A stretch of DNA of 64,000 nucleotides from Octopus vulgaris (lineage: Eukaryota), in assembly GCA_951406725.2 (NCBI GenBank), contig OX597823.1, positions 39,370,001 through 39,434,000 of the forward strand, read 5' to 3'. Positions within the stretch are counted from its first letter, which is position 1, and each line of letters opens with the position of its first letter. Positions 39,346 to 53,220 of this stretch are shown here, one piece after another. The translations under genes and the position numbers were made by a program. The notes under the pieces are model-generated. The model had not been told where the DNA came from. It was given only the letters and a program-made list of their open reading frames with translations, and made no database searches.

Positions 39346-40019
39346 TAGCTAAGCTGAGCTGAGCTGAGCTAAGCTAAGCTAAGCTCTTTGTAATAGTGGA
39401 GACAATGCCGTAGCGCTCACTGTTGGGCCGGTAGCGGTGGACAGTGTGCTCTACGGAGCCCAGAGCGAGCTCTGGTCGCCGTAGCGCTCACTGCGGACGA
39501 TGTGTTTTGGAACAAAGTTTGTTACCACACAGCCACACCTGCACCTCTGTGTGTGTGTGTGTGTGTATGGGTGTATATATGTATGCATGTATATATGTGA
39601 ATATATATGTGTACATATTACATGTACATCTATAAATATATATTCATCTACACATATACATGTCTACATATACACCTATATGTATAGAAATAAATGTATA
39701 CATATACAGCTATACACACATACACAGCTATACACACATACCCACATACACACATAGATAGGTGCAGGTGTGGCTGTGTGTTAACAAGCTTCATTCTAAA
39801 ACACATGGTCCTGGGTTTAAATATAAATTAAAAATAATAAGGGTGAGAAATTGAATATTAATTTGATTAATATGAATTGAAAACCAGTGGTGTAGCATAC
39901 AAGACCATAGCGGATCTTCTTCTAGCAAAATGGATGTCTAGTGTTAATGGTTCATCCCTCTTATATAATAGTTTGACTTTAATAATTTCAGTATTAAAGT
40001 GAAAGTATCTGACATTATA

Positions 40020-40265
40020 ATAGAGAAATGTTTTTGTTTCACTTTTAACACGTAATACTGAAATAGTGGAGAAGATATGATATTGTTGTAGGCTCGCCCT
40101 AGGCAAGAAGTTAGAAGTTTTTTTTGCCCATGACACTACATGGACCCTAAGTAAGGCATGTGTAAAATTTGAATGAAATTGGTTGTGTAGTTCTCAAGTT
40201 TTAGGGATTCACACAAGACAGACAGACAGACAGACACACATTCTCAGTTTCATATATATATAGAT
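40020..40265 (-). mobile_element. Helitron family 2 5' portion
   Basis: Nearly collinear with 33950-34220. Confidence 0.75.
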
Positions 40266-40439
40266 ATATATATATGTGTATATATATACATATACATATA
40301 TATACTATATATTAAATACACACATACACACAGCAGAGACAGCTCAACAAATACTATTGATAGGTGCATCAAGTTACATAAATACATATACATACATATA
40401 CATAGATACTTATACAAATATATGTATATATTTGTGTGT

Positions 40440-40620
40440 GTGTGTATCTGTGCTTGTCCTCCCTTCAACCAACTGATGTTGGTGTGTTTCTGTTCCCGTA
40501 ACTTAGCGGTTCGGCAAAAGTAACAAAGAAAAAGTCCTGGGGTCAATTTGTTCGACTAACGACATGGGGTTCCAGCATGGCTGCTGTCAAATGACTGAAA
40601 CAAGAAAAAAGATAAAAGAA
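40440..40620 (+). mobile_element. SINE family A 3' half
   Basis: CGTAACTTAGCGGTTCGGCAAAAG..TCAAATGACTGAAACAAG. Confidence 0.8.
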
Positions 40621-40624
40621 TCCA

Positions 40625-40690
40625 TACATATACATACGCACGAGGACACACACACTTGTACATACATACATACATACATACATACATACA

Positions 40691-40722
<32 letters not shown>

Positions 40723-40755
40723 CATACATACATACATATATATACCTACATATAT

Positions 40756-40788
<33 letters not shown>

Positions 40789-40824
40789 CATACATATACA
40801 TACATATACATACATATACATACA

Positions 40825-40860
<36 letters not shown>

Positions 40861-40924
40861 CATACATACATACATGCATACATATATATATACATACATA
40901 TATATATACATACATATACATACC

Positions 40925-40958
<34 letters not shown>

Positions 40959-41205
40959 CATATATATACATACATATATATATACATACATATATATATA
41001 CATAGATATACATACATACATACATACATATACATACATATATATATACATGCATACATACATACATACGTACATAGATATACATACATACATACATACA
41101 TACATACATACATGCATGCATACATACATATACATACATACATACATACATACATACATACATACATACATACATACATACATACATACATACATACATA
41201 CACTC
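40625..41205. repeat. (CATA)n/(TA)n microsatellite
   Basis: Direct reading. Confidence 0.96.
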
Positions 41206-42793
41206 ATGAACAATATTAGGACCTTAGATCACCAACTTGACATATTTTCGCGCAAGTAAAAGAGGGCATCAGTTACTGTTATTGCTGTTGTTATCTTTGC
41301 CTTCATGTCGACGTCATGGTCACAAGCAGCAACGTTAACGGAATTACAATTATTGAGTATACGGAGTTCCAACATGTCTAAATTGCAAATACTTTTATTG
41401 TTGGTGTTATTTTACTCAAGGTCAGTCCTCGTTGAACACACCTATGTTCATCAGAACTCTAGCCTTCACTGTCCTGTATTTAGTTTTCATCCAATCACAC
41501 AGCTTCAATGATAGAAATCCCTGTAATTTACTGCAATAGATTAAATTGACTCTAGCCTCTCGTTTCCTTAAATTTCTGAAGACTTGAACGCATGTTCGAA
41601 ATTATTACTACTTATACTCCATAGGATGGGCTTCACTTGCACTCCGTTGCTACCTTCTCTATGTGAGTCAGGCTTAATACTAGCCAAACCCCGAGCATTT
41701 TTGCGACCAGTAAGTACTCTTATCTTTGGTGGTGTGGCTTAATAGTTAGATTTAATTCACGATCATGGGTTCAATTCCTGTACCAGGTGGAAAGTTATGT
41801 CCTCAAGCAAGGCACTTCATTTTATGTTACTCCAGTGCGATCAGTTACATTGTACCACCCAATTGCTGGTGCAACTCTTTCTCCCTCCATCGTAGATGCT
41901 CTTACTGGGTCAAGAGCTGGAGGGCCGGGAGAGTATCTATGTTTGATCACGACTACATAGGCACCTAAAATTATTAGAAAAAACATGGTACATTCTACCA
42001 AGTCACACTGATTTGTGAGTGGCAGCTATGTTATTTTTTAAATTTTAACTATGCCTTATAGGATGGTACCACTTGCACTTAGTAACTCTCTCTGTGTGCA
42101 TTATATTAAATAGTCACCAAACATCACGCCTTTTTTGCGACCATTTTCCTAATATTTGACGCTGTTTTTATTGTTATTATTGATAAGATAAAGTGATGAC
42201 CACGTGAACTGTATACTCATCCCATTATATCCTGGGTATGCCTTTAAACTGCATTCGGTAGTGGGGCTCTGGTTGGGGAATTCCAGAGTTTTGAGGATTG
42301 TGAAACTGCCTCCCAGTCACTATTGTTTCCAGGCCTACTCTGACCCAGACTAGTAGCACCTATCAGGGTCCCGGCTATGGGTTAATTAGTATATTGGAGC
42401 TTGTCTACCTAATTATGTGAAGACAGGATCCGGCGAGCTCTACGGGAGAAACTTTCATGATTCAACAAAGGGGAATGCAGCTGTAGCAACGCATTGTGAA
42501 ATGCAGAGAACAAGATGAGTCAAGTAAGACATCTTGGTTATCCACCGCATCCGTCTCCACCCCTGTCAGCTTGACCTGGGCTTGCCATTCGATTGAAAAT
42601 GGTCATAGATGAGGAACTGAGGTTGACTGTGCGCAAATCTACTTTAAACAAAGTACGATTAGATAGTCCTCGTCATAAAATGGTAAATTCCCTGCTATTG
42701 TGTTAAATGCTTTCTATTTTTGTTTTGCAGCATCCCCAAAAGTCTTCAGTATCTTCTTAAACGTAGTGCATATAGTCCGAAGGTTCCTGCAAT

Positions 42794-43000
<207 letters not shown>

Positions 43001-43800
43001 TATATATATATATATATATATGGAAAGTTACAAAGTTAATTCGATAAAAACCAAAGATAAAAAATCCTCTCTCATCTCATAAAATGTTAACTTTTCGAAT
43101 GAATAATGGTATGTGTCACCAAAGTAAAAATCTTCTAGCCAGAAACATGTCATCCCTGACCTGTAGAAGACTGTTATAACTAAATCCTTCACCAGGTAGA
43201 ACATATATTTTATGTTGAGCAGTGAGTTGGTGGAGACATAGGAGTGAAGGATTGCACATAGTTTTTGGACCATTCAAAAGCAGTGAAATTTCAGTTAATT
43301 CAATTGAGTTGTGAAGTTTAGAAAATGTACACGATGTTGAAACCTTTATTGTTAGCTTAAACTCAATTCTAACCCTAACTAGTAAATACTTCCAACTATA
43401 TACAAATATAATGGTGTACGACCATATTTGACTCGTCCGTGTACACTCGGATGTGGGAAGACTTTTCGCTGTTGAAATTGTTGTAGGAGAAAATTCTCTC
43501 CACAGACAAAATATATGAAAATGCATTAGCCTATGAACGTCGTCATCGGATTGTAACATGCATTTCTGTGTCATTGCGCATTGTCAGCTACGAATACTGA
43601 ATTCATATTTGACAGCCTGAAAAGAACGATAGCTCTTACTTATAATAAAAGTAAATAATACATTTACTGATGTGCGCGAAACTTGGTTAAGCAGGAAATA
43701 AATAACTACGATTGCACGAAGTAGCATTGAATGATATATATTCATGTGAAATCATATTTAACACGTTTGTGTACACTCGGACGTGGGAACATTTTTGGCT

Positions 43801-43858
43801 GCATTGTACAGATTAATGCTGCATTGTACAGATTATGCAGCATTAATCTGTACAATGC
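43801..43858. repeat. Perfect 24-bp inverted repeat with 10-nt loop
   Basis: GCATTGTACAGATTAATGCTGCAT / ATGCAGCATTAATCTGTACAATGC. Confidence 0.95.
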
Positions 43859-44429
43859 TGCATCGTGCGACTTTAGTTATTATATACGAAAACATCTTTT
43901 TAAGTGACTGGGGATCACACAACACGTAACATGTAATGAAATCAAAATTCCAGCGCATTAGCAGTCCTATACAACTATTTCAACTAAACTGGCCTAGCTC
44001 TGTTCGAAACCATTAGCAAATATACGAATCAGTTCACAGATACTTTAACTTGACAAATTTTTTGAACTATTCTAGACAAACTGTCTGCACTTGGCTATGT
44101 TTGTCCAAACAAAAATTCACAAAATTCCTTGTTTGAACAGTCAAAAGAAATACATTATAAATATATGACACACACTGACCAGGTGGCTGGTATATCGCCG
44201 TTTATATATTTAGAACAAGCAGCCCCGTATATTAATAGTAATTAGCTATACACTAAACGGTTAGGACTTTTTAAATTGAAATTTCCCACACGCACGCACG
44301 CACGCGCACACACACACAGAGGTTGAGACTTTTTAAAATCGAAATTTTACGCATGCACGCGCACGTACACGTACGTACACACATGCTCACACCCTCACCA
44401 CTACTCACGCACGCACACACACACGCGCA

Positions 44430-44718
44430 GTGAGGGTTCCATTTGATCCGATCAATGGAATAGTCTACACGTGAAATTAACGCGCAAGTGGCTGAACACT
44501 CCACGGACACGTGTACCCTTAACGCAGTTCTCAGGGAGATTCAGCATGACACAACAGAGTGTGACAAGGCCGGTCCTTTGAATTACAGATACTACTCATT
44601 TTCGCCAGCTGAATGGACCGAAGCAACATGAAATAAAGGGTCTTGTTCAAGGACACAACGCATCACGACCTTACGATCGTGAACCGAATACCCTAACCAC
44701 TAAATCACGCGCCTTCAC
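44430..44718 (-). mobile_element. Older SINE family B-related copy
   Basis: GAGGGTTCC..GACACGTGTACCCTTAACG..CCCTAACCACT blocks. Confidence 0.8.
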
Positions 44719-44736
44719 AATGCATATATACATATG

Positions 44737-44779
<43 letters not shown>

Positions 44780-44828
44780 ACGCGACTGTGTGTTTGCCTG
44801 TGTGCATGTCTATATTATATATAGACGT

Positions 44829-45215
44829 GGAGGCGCAATGGCCCAGTGGTTAGGGCAGCGGACTCGCGGTCGTAGGATCGCGGTTTCGATTCCCAGACCG
44901 GGCGTTGTGAGTGTTTATTGAGCGAAAACACCTAAAGCTCCCCGAGGCTCCGGCAGGGGATGGTGGTGATCCCTGCTGTACTCTTTCACCACAACTCTCT
45001 CTCACTCTTACTTCCTGTTTCTGTTGTACCTGTATTTCAAAGGGCCGGCCTTGTCACTCTCTGTGTCACGCTGAATATCCCCGAGAACTACGTTAAGGGT
45101 ACACGTGTCTGTGGAGTGCTCAGCCACTTACACGTTAATTTCACGAGCAGGCTGTTCCGTTGATTCGGATCAACCGGAACCCTCGTCGTCGGAACCGACG
45201 GAGTGCTTCCATCCA
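44829..45215 (+). mobile_element. SINE family B, full length
   Basis: A box TGGCCCAGTGG, B box GGTTTCGATTCCC; collinear with 11062-11442. Confidence 0.93.
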
Positions 45216-45287
45216 TTATATATATTTAACGGTTTATAAAAAAATATTTTAAACTTAAAAATATCCGCCAACATCAATGAAATCTAC

Positions 45288-45639
45288 CTTCTTGACATTA
45301 GAAGAGCCGCCTCTCCCACCGAAAATCACTCGAAAGTGCTAAACAACACTCCACACTCTATGTCACCGCTGTCTGGCATCAAAGAGAAGTCTGCTTCGCT
45401 AGTAAATATAAAAGTAAAACTTAGGATGTTTTCCTTCTTCTGTAAAGTACATTTCTCTCTTGAACTGCTCTATCTTTTCTTGATTTGGTAACATCGTCTG
45501 ACCAGCAACATTGCTGAGGCCCTGGTGGGGTTTACAGCTGATACGATTTTTATAATCAGAACAGCTTCTACGATGAGAATGACGAAGATATTCAGTGAAG
45601 AGCAAAAAATTAAGACGCAAAACAGGAAGGAATTCTTTT
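45288..45639 (-). other. Candidate exon in unique sequence
   Basis: Strong acceptor T-run-GCTTCTTTAG, weak AAG|GTAGAT donor; no frame open throughout; no homology recognised. Confidence 0.2.
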
Positions 45640-45674
45640 CTAAAGAAGCAAAAAAAAACAAAAAAAAAAAACCA

Positions 45675-46000
45675 AACCACCACCATCCCCACCACCACCA
45701 CAACTATTACAGCCAGCACTATCACCACCAACACCACTATTACAGCCAGCACTACCGCTCCCATAAAACAACAACAAAACACCATCACCACCACTGTAAC
45801 ACAAACAACATCAATAAAGTGAGACTGAAACCGAGTCAACCACCACCGCCATCACCACCACCACCGCCATCACCACCACCACCACCGCCATCACCATCAG
45901 CACTACCACCGCCATCACCATCAGCACCACGACGACGACGACCACCACCACCACCACCACCACCACCACCACCACCACCATCACCAACAACAACAACAGA
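45675..46000. repeat. (CAC)n-rich low-complexity tract
   Basis: Direct reading. Confidence 0.9.
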
Positions 46001-46440
46001 GACAGAAAATAGCACAAAAAAATGTTTCCAGAGACACAGATGTCCTGTGGAGGGACTTCAAAAAAAGTCCACAATAGAGGCGGTGCAGAGTGGTGCATAA
46101 GATGGGAAGGCGGAGATAGTTTTGTATTCCAGGCTAAATTGAGAGAATTTAGGAAATATCATTTCTTTTAGACATGGAACTGGGAGGGACAAGGATCCGA
46201 ATGGGTGGTTTAAACTGCCAGAAATGCCAACTCTGATATCATGGGCCACAAAATCAAGCATCAAAACTACTTATTTTAACATTCCAAGGTTTTTTCTATC
46301 TCAAATCAGAATTTAAAAAAAAAATAGCAATAAAAAAGCTGTTTGGAGTGATTACCTGACTTGAATATCTGTAGTTAGCGGTATTACATAAGTGGCAGCA
46401 CGCAGACAGCCTCGGACAAACAACTCACAGGGATCAGGGA

Positions 46441-46501
<61 letters not shown>

Positions 46502-46504
46502 GCC

Positions 46505-46605
<101 letters not shown>

Positions 46606-47114
46606 GTCTGTCTGTCTATCTGTTTGTCTGTCTGTCTGTTTGTTTGCTTGTTTGTTTGCCTGCCTGTCTGTCTGTCTATCAATTTGTTTATGTATGTGTG
46701 TGCATGTCTACGAGGAGAGTGAAAGAGAGTGAGAGAGGGTGAAAGAGAGTGAGGGAGAGTGAAAAAGAGTGAGAGAGAGTGGAAGAGAATGATATATGTG
46801 ATATATATATATGTGTGTGTGTGTGTGTATGTGTGTGTGTGTGTGTGTCTATGTATATATATACGTTTACATAATGCACACAGACACACAACTCAGAAGA
46901 AATAAGTCGATAGAAAAAAAAAAGTGAAAGAGTGAGATAGGTATATTCATACATACATATACCGTCCATCCATCTGTACGTACATACACATACACATTTA
47001 CATACATACAAACATACATACACACGCATACAAACACACATGTACACACCCACACTCATATATGCACGCACGCACACACACACATACAGACGCACAAATA
47101 TACACATATATGTT

Positions 47115-47218
47115 TATTCTTAAACAAGAATATTGTTGATAGTGACTTCGAAGTTTCAGTCAGTTAAGCAATCATCGAACTTCGAAGTCGCTGTCAACGA
47201 TATTCTTGTTTAAGAATA
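47115..47218 (+). repeat. 41-bp-arm hairpin with 22-nt loop
   Basis: 47115-47155 pairs with 47178-47218; the three non-Watson-Crick positions are U-G on the + strand. Confidence 0.93.
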
Positions 47219-47277
47219 CATTTGTACTCTACAAAAGTATAGACTAACTTAATGTAACTAAACAAAAAAGCATTTAC

Positions 47278-47338
<61 letters not shown>

Positions 47339-47639
47339 CACAGAAAAAGCTGAACAGAGATACAGATGGAGAGAAGGAGAGAAGGAAAAGAGAGAGTGGG
47401 AGAGTGAGAGAGAGGTAAATAGATATGTAGGTAAATGAATCTACCATTTCCCTCGATGTGTTACGTAATTAAAATATATAATTTGTGCTTATTTCAGCCG
47501 GTGTCTGGGGAATAAATTTACCAACTTTAAACTTCCAAACCAATGTTTTGGGGTTTTTTTGCTCTTTAGTGCCACATGGTGTCTGTTCTCATCATATTTA
47601 TCATTTCCTACTTGCGTTCTCTGCACGCACCAGTACGCA

Positions 47640-47728
<89 letters not shown>

Positions 47729-49639
47729 GATGTTTGAATCTTGTTTGACTGTTGTTTTTTATTCTTTTTCGCTTTGCTCATCTGGAAAAAATAAAATAAA
47801 ATAAGATTATATAAAATTAAATATGATAGATAAAAGAAGTCAAAATTCTAAAATCATTATATTTGTGAAGCGCAATTTTAATTTTGGACTGGAGCGAAAT
47901 TCGAACCGTTTTACGGGTCAAATGTTGCTATTATTGTTATAAATGACTAGCTGTGGATTATCATTTCAAGTCCTGAAATCAAACAGGAATTGCAAAGAAA
48001 ATATAACAAAAAACAGTTCTATTATCTTTTATCTTGATTACAAACAATGCTTTCTCCCCACAAACTGCTTATCATTTTACATGGATATCAACTCTGTTTG
48101 TTGGAGACGAAACAGAGACACATCGGCTCTCCTTTATCTATTATAGAAAAATACGATAAAATGTTAATTGAATTCGCCATGCATTGGTTACGGATGTTCG
48201 TTGAAAGCAGCTGCAAACCACATATTTAGAACCTACCTCAATATGTACCCCACCACTCCACCTTACAATACCAGATTCTAATTCAGTGTTATTCCATGAA
48301 GATTTCGAAGTTTTAGAGTTTTTTTTTCTTCTTCTCAGGTCTTAACCCTTTAATGCATAATGTTTTATTTTCGTCCTATCATTAAATTATTATTAAATGG
48401 GAAGAAATAAAACGGTATATCAAGATGAAGAAGTTATAAAAGAATGGGTGTTATATAAGTTTAGATTAATAAGAAATTAATGAGATGTTGAATGGTGCTT
48501 AAAATTGAGATATAGCTGGCTGTCGTGTTTCTTGGGGCTCTATAAATGAACGTTTAACAGGTAACTAGGTTTGTCATGAAACCACAAGTGTCATGAACCT
48601 GGGACTTACCCTTGTTTTTTGGGGCACTATACATGGCCAATAAAACGGGTAACAGGCAACTATTATCGCAACACCTTGAGTTTTTTTTACAGTTTCCTTT
48701 GCATATAAACCGTTGAAGGCGCAGTGTGCCTGTATGGTTAAGAAGTTCGCATTGCAAGTACAAGGTTCCGGGTACGATCTCAATGCCTGGCATCAAGGAT
48801 AAATGACGTTTTCTGTAGCCTTGCGTCGATCTATACATATCTTGTGAATAAAACTTGAGTTGACGGAAACTGGATAGACGCCAGTCGGATGGATTGTATT
48901 GGTAAGTCAAAATGGTATATGTGTTTGTGGAATGCTCAACAACAAGGGATCGAACAGCTGAATACTCCTCGTCGAATGACGGAGAGCCGCTACCGCAGTC
49001 CCCCCTCCCAATAACAACAATACAATATTACCTATTCCTCCCTAAAGAGGACGGTATACTAGTTCATCACTGAAGTAAAAAAGAAGAAAAGAAAAAGAAT
49101 GTAGACTTTTGCTTAAAAACACAACGCGGCGTCTTGTTGAGGAATCGAGGCCACTATTTGACGGGGTCCAGTACCTCCAACAAGTAATGCCACCGACCTT
49201 CACTCACGCGAAAAGGTTAATGTGTATTTGGGACTAACTACAACTCACCGGTCAGAAGGAAACAAAAAATAAACAGACCCACAGATCCTGAAGTAAAGTA
49301 ACTCACAATATCAACAAAATGTGATTATTACCGTTGATAACAATAAAATATATTAAACCACAAGAATACATTTACCACATTACATTACTACAGCTGATAA
49401 CAATAGAACATATTACACTAGAGGGGTAGCTATTAGTAAACTTCACCTCTACAACATTACATTAGTTTCTTAGTTGTAATGGACCTTTGACTTTTCTGAC
49501 GCTTCACATTGATACGATTCGATTTCTCATTAGAATTGTGATTATGAATTACAGTGAAAATTAACGCAGTGGTTCTCAACTGGGATTCATATGATCCTTA
49601 GGGGTCCATATAAGATTTTATTGTAAAAATTTTTTTTTT

Positions 49640-49932
49640 ATGACCAGGCTATCAGATGTTGCTACACATCGCTGATCACAATGCGCTTCGCATTGTTTTA
49701 GCCTTCAAATGACGCCACCCCACTGTCTAAGCGAGCAGGCCTACAGAAGAAAGAGTGAGTGAAAGTTGTGGCGAAGGAGTACTGCAGGGATCGCCACCAC
49801 CCCCTGTCGGAGACTCGTGGAGCTTTAGGTGTTTTCGCTCAATAAACACTCACAACGCCCGGTCTGGGTATCGAAACCGCGATCCTACGAACGCGAGTCC
49901 GCTGCCCTAACCACTGGGCCATTGTGCATCCA
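49640..49932 (-). mobile_element. SINE with family B head and an alternative 3' tail
   Basis: 49750-49932 matches family B; 49640-49745 is unrelated to the B tail. Confidence 0.85.
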
Positions 49933-49958
49933 CTGTTAAAATTTATCTGCAATAAATT

Positions 49959-50335
49959 GGTTCGGATCTTTTCGGTTTGAACGGCAGTTTTTTCTAGCGG
50001 TGTCATATGAAATTGTCACCCATAATTATGACCCTAGTATCGATCTATTGCATTTCAATGTTTTAGGGTTAGGGGTTGGGGGAAGGATATCACAAATGTA
50101 AATAGACCCAATCTGTTTCTTAAACGAGGGACATATTCATACGCCAAAGAATGTTTTTTTTTTACCTCAATAGACGTCATTGATTGGTTGAAATTGCAGA
50201 AATTGAAGAAAAAAACAACAAATATCTTACAAACTATAGAATTTTCTCAATAAAGCCAAGAGAAAAAGATGTTTTATAAACACATTCTACCAGTATACGA
50301 AGTTTAAAAGTGTTTAGTTACGTGGAAATTATTTT
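49959..50335. mobile_element. DNA transposon fragment (end related to the 9014-9713 TIR)
   Basis: GGTTCGGATCTTTTCGGTTTG start. Confidence 0.5.
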
Positions 50336-50763
50336 TATACAATTCCTATTAATGTTTCATTCTAAAAACAATGGGATATAAAAAAAAATATAAGTAAAAT
50401 TAAGACTCAAAGGGTCCATTGGTAGAAAAATGCTTCAAAAACACTGAGCTAACGTGTCACTGGTGAATATTTGGGTCCTTATTCACTGGCTGACTGGTGT
50501 GTGCGTGAGTGTGTGCGTATATGTATGTGCGTGTTTTCGTGTGTAAAGGAATGAATGCATATATGCATGTGTGTGTGTAAGAGTGTGTCTGAGCGCGTGT
50601 GCAAATGTATATGTATGCGTGAATGTCTGTGCATATGTATGTGTATGTATACTTGTGTGAAGGTATGCATGTATATGTGCGGCTACGTATGCGTGAATGA
50701 ATGTATGTGTGTGTGTGTATGTGTGTACTTGTGCGTGCCTGTATAAATATATTTAAACATAAA

Positions 50764-50820
<57 letters not shown>

Positions 50821-51022
50821 ACATATAATTATAAGCACACATATACACATGCACAAACATACACACCCATAATAAGTGTGTGTATGAGTATTAGCATTCT
50901 TTACAGAATGTTACCTGTTCACGTCAAAGACGCTTGTTGCTAATTTTTTTTTATGTGAAGTCTGAAGTTGTTTGACAAGGTTTGGTGACATTTTAATCGC
51001 TGGCAGGTGCTAGATTCAATAT

Positions 51023-51190
<168 letters not shown>

Positions 51191-52168
51191 CATGTATACG
51201 TGCGCGCTCACACACACACATGATATATGTTAGTGTGCCTGCATGAATAAATTCCCGAGTTAGTTTTCACATTCACAGCAGTTACTTATACTATATTGAA
51301 AGGAAGGTAGGGCTATTTAAGCGACCTAATTGTGTGTTAATATGAAAAGCAAGTCTCTTTTTCTTTCTCTTTCTCCTCCTCTCTTTTTTTCTCTAACTAC
51401 ATCCATGAAGAAAACTTTCAGAGGCACACAGCACACAGTGTTGGGGGTCTCATAAATGAGGTGCGGCAGAAAAACCTCCCATATATTCTTTTGGCTTCAC
51501 TCTGCTGCTAGTGGAGTTAGCCAGGTGATAACGATGTCTGCAGGTAGCTGATATTTTACCGTTTTATTCTGCACTTTCCATCACGGTTGAAACTGGTGCA
51601 CACTTTGCGTTAACCAAGAGCGGTGAATCTGATAGGTTTTGTAACGTACTCTATACGAGTGGGCTTTGTTCATTTTTATATAACAGTAACACATTCAGTT
51701 TTTATTTACTCTTTCTATTTGACTTTTATTACCTGACTTTATATTAATGGCTCTTTAAACATGCACGCACACACATACACACACATGCACATACACACGC
51801 ACACATGCATACACACATTCCTACTGCGCGGCACAATGGCGTATCCTTGCTATAGCTTCCGCTTTAGCCATTGTTTTGTGAAGACGAGCCCCTGCCGGAA
51901 ACTGTAAAAGCCTCGTCGTGTTACATATGCGTGCGTGTTTAAGTGTGTTGTGTAGTGGTATTTATTGCTGAAGCGGTTCGAGAATTAGAGATGGAGAAAA
52001 TAAATACCTGGCAAATAAATATTGAATTCGTTATAAAACTCTTGAATGCAGTGTCACAAAATGGTCGAATAAAATATGTGTATAAATATGTGTATAAATA
52101 TCTATCCGTCCGTCCGTCCGTCCATCTGTCTGTCTATTTGCTTGTCTGCCTGCCTGCCTGCCTGCCTA

Positions 52169-52203
<35 letters not shown>

Positions 52204-52511
52204 ACCAACCTAACTATGATTCTACTTTTTTTCTGTTTGATTATTTGTCTGTCTGTCTGTATGTATATAGGTATGTATGTATGTATGTATGTATGTATGT
52301 ATGTATGTATGTATGTATGTATGTATGTATGTATGTATGTATGTATGTATGTATGTATGTATGTATGTATGTATGCATATATGTATGTATGTATGTATGT
52401 ATATATGAATGTATGTATGTATGTGTGTATGTATGTATGTATCTGTCCGTCTGTCTGTCTATCTATTTATATCTGTTTGTCTATTTTTCTATTTAGAGAA
52501 GACGAAAGCGA

Positions 52512-52574
<63 letters not shown>

Positions 52575-52689
52575 GAGAATGTGTGTGGAAAGAGAAATGT
52601 AAATGGGCAACAACTTTTGATAAACACATGATGTTTACTCCAATAGTTTCTTGTCGAGGGCGCATTGTTGGTGCTCCTTGAATAATTAT

Positions 52690-52870
52690 TTCTACTATAG
52701 GCTCAAAGCCTGAGTCGATTACATCGACCCCAATGCTCTACAGGCACTCATTTTATCGACTCCGAAAAGATGAAAGGCAAAGTTGACCTCAGTGGAATTC
52801 GAACTCAGAACGTATAGAGACGGACGAAATACCGCTAAGCGTTTTGTCTGGTGTGCTAACGAAACTGTCA
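52690..52870 (-). mobile_element. SINE family C
   Basis: TTTATCGACTCCGAAAAGATGAAAGGCAAAG..GAACTCAGAACG. Confidence 0.82.
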
Positions 52871-53173
52871 GTGTTTCGTGAATAATGGCTGCAAAAATAT
52901 ACGTACAGTTTGTGGTGTCTTTCAAAAATGAATCTAATATTTGAGAGAAAAATGCTGAAAAAGAAATAAATTTGTTAAAAAGATTTCAATAAGTAACAAG
53001 AGATGCTTCAGCTGAATGAATGGAAGTGCGGTGGGTCATTCAATGAATTATTGATCTCCGGGCTCGAACATCCTATCAGAGGCTGAAAGAGGACAGAGCT
53101 CAAACATCACGTGTATGTGTGTGTGCAGATCACACGCACAAGAACAAATTCGCACACAAGTGTGTGCGTGTGA

Positions 53174-53220
<47 letters not shown>

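Larger units (their letters stand above)
49567..50446. mobile_element. hAT/Charlie-like MITE with two nested insertions
   Basis: CAGTGGTTCTCAA ... TTCAAAAACACTG ends; degenerate 8-bp TSD AATTAACG/AGCTAACG. Confidence 0.7.

Noticed and set aside
39347-39385. Resemblance of (GAGCT)n to immunoglobulin switch repeats
   Set aside because: Only ~40 bp; no Ig context; chance pentamer microsatellite
44829-44905. tRNA gene (also SINE heads at 22381, 26104 and 62280)
   Set aside because: A/B boxes are present but there is no full cloverleaf, and each continues into a SINE body
48342-49220. piggyBac element bounded by TTAACCC / GGTTAA
   Set aside because: Inverted match is too short and interior TIR sequence disagrees
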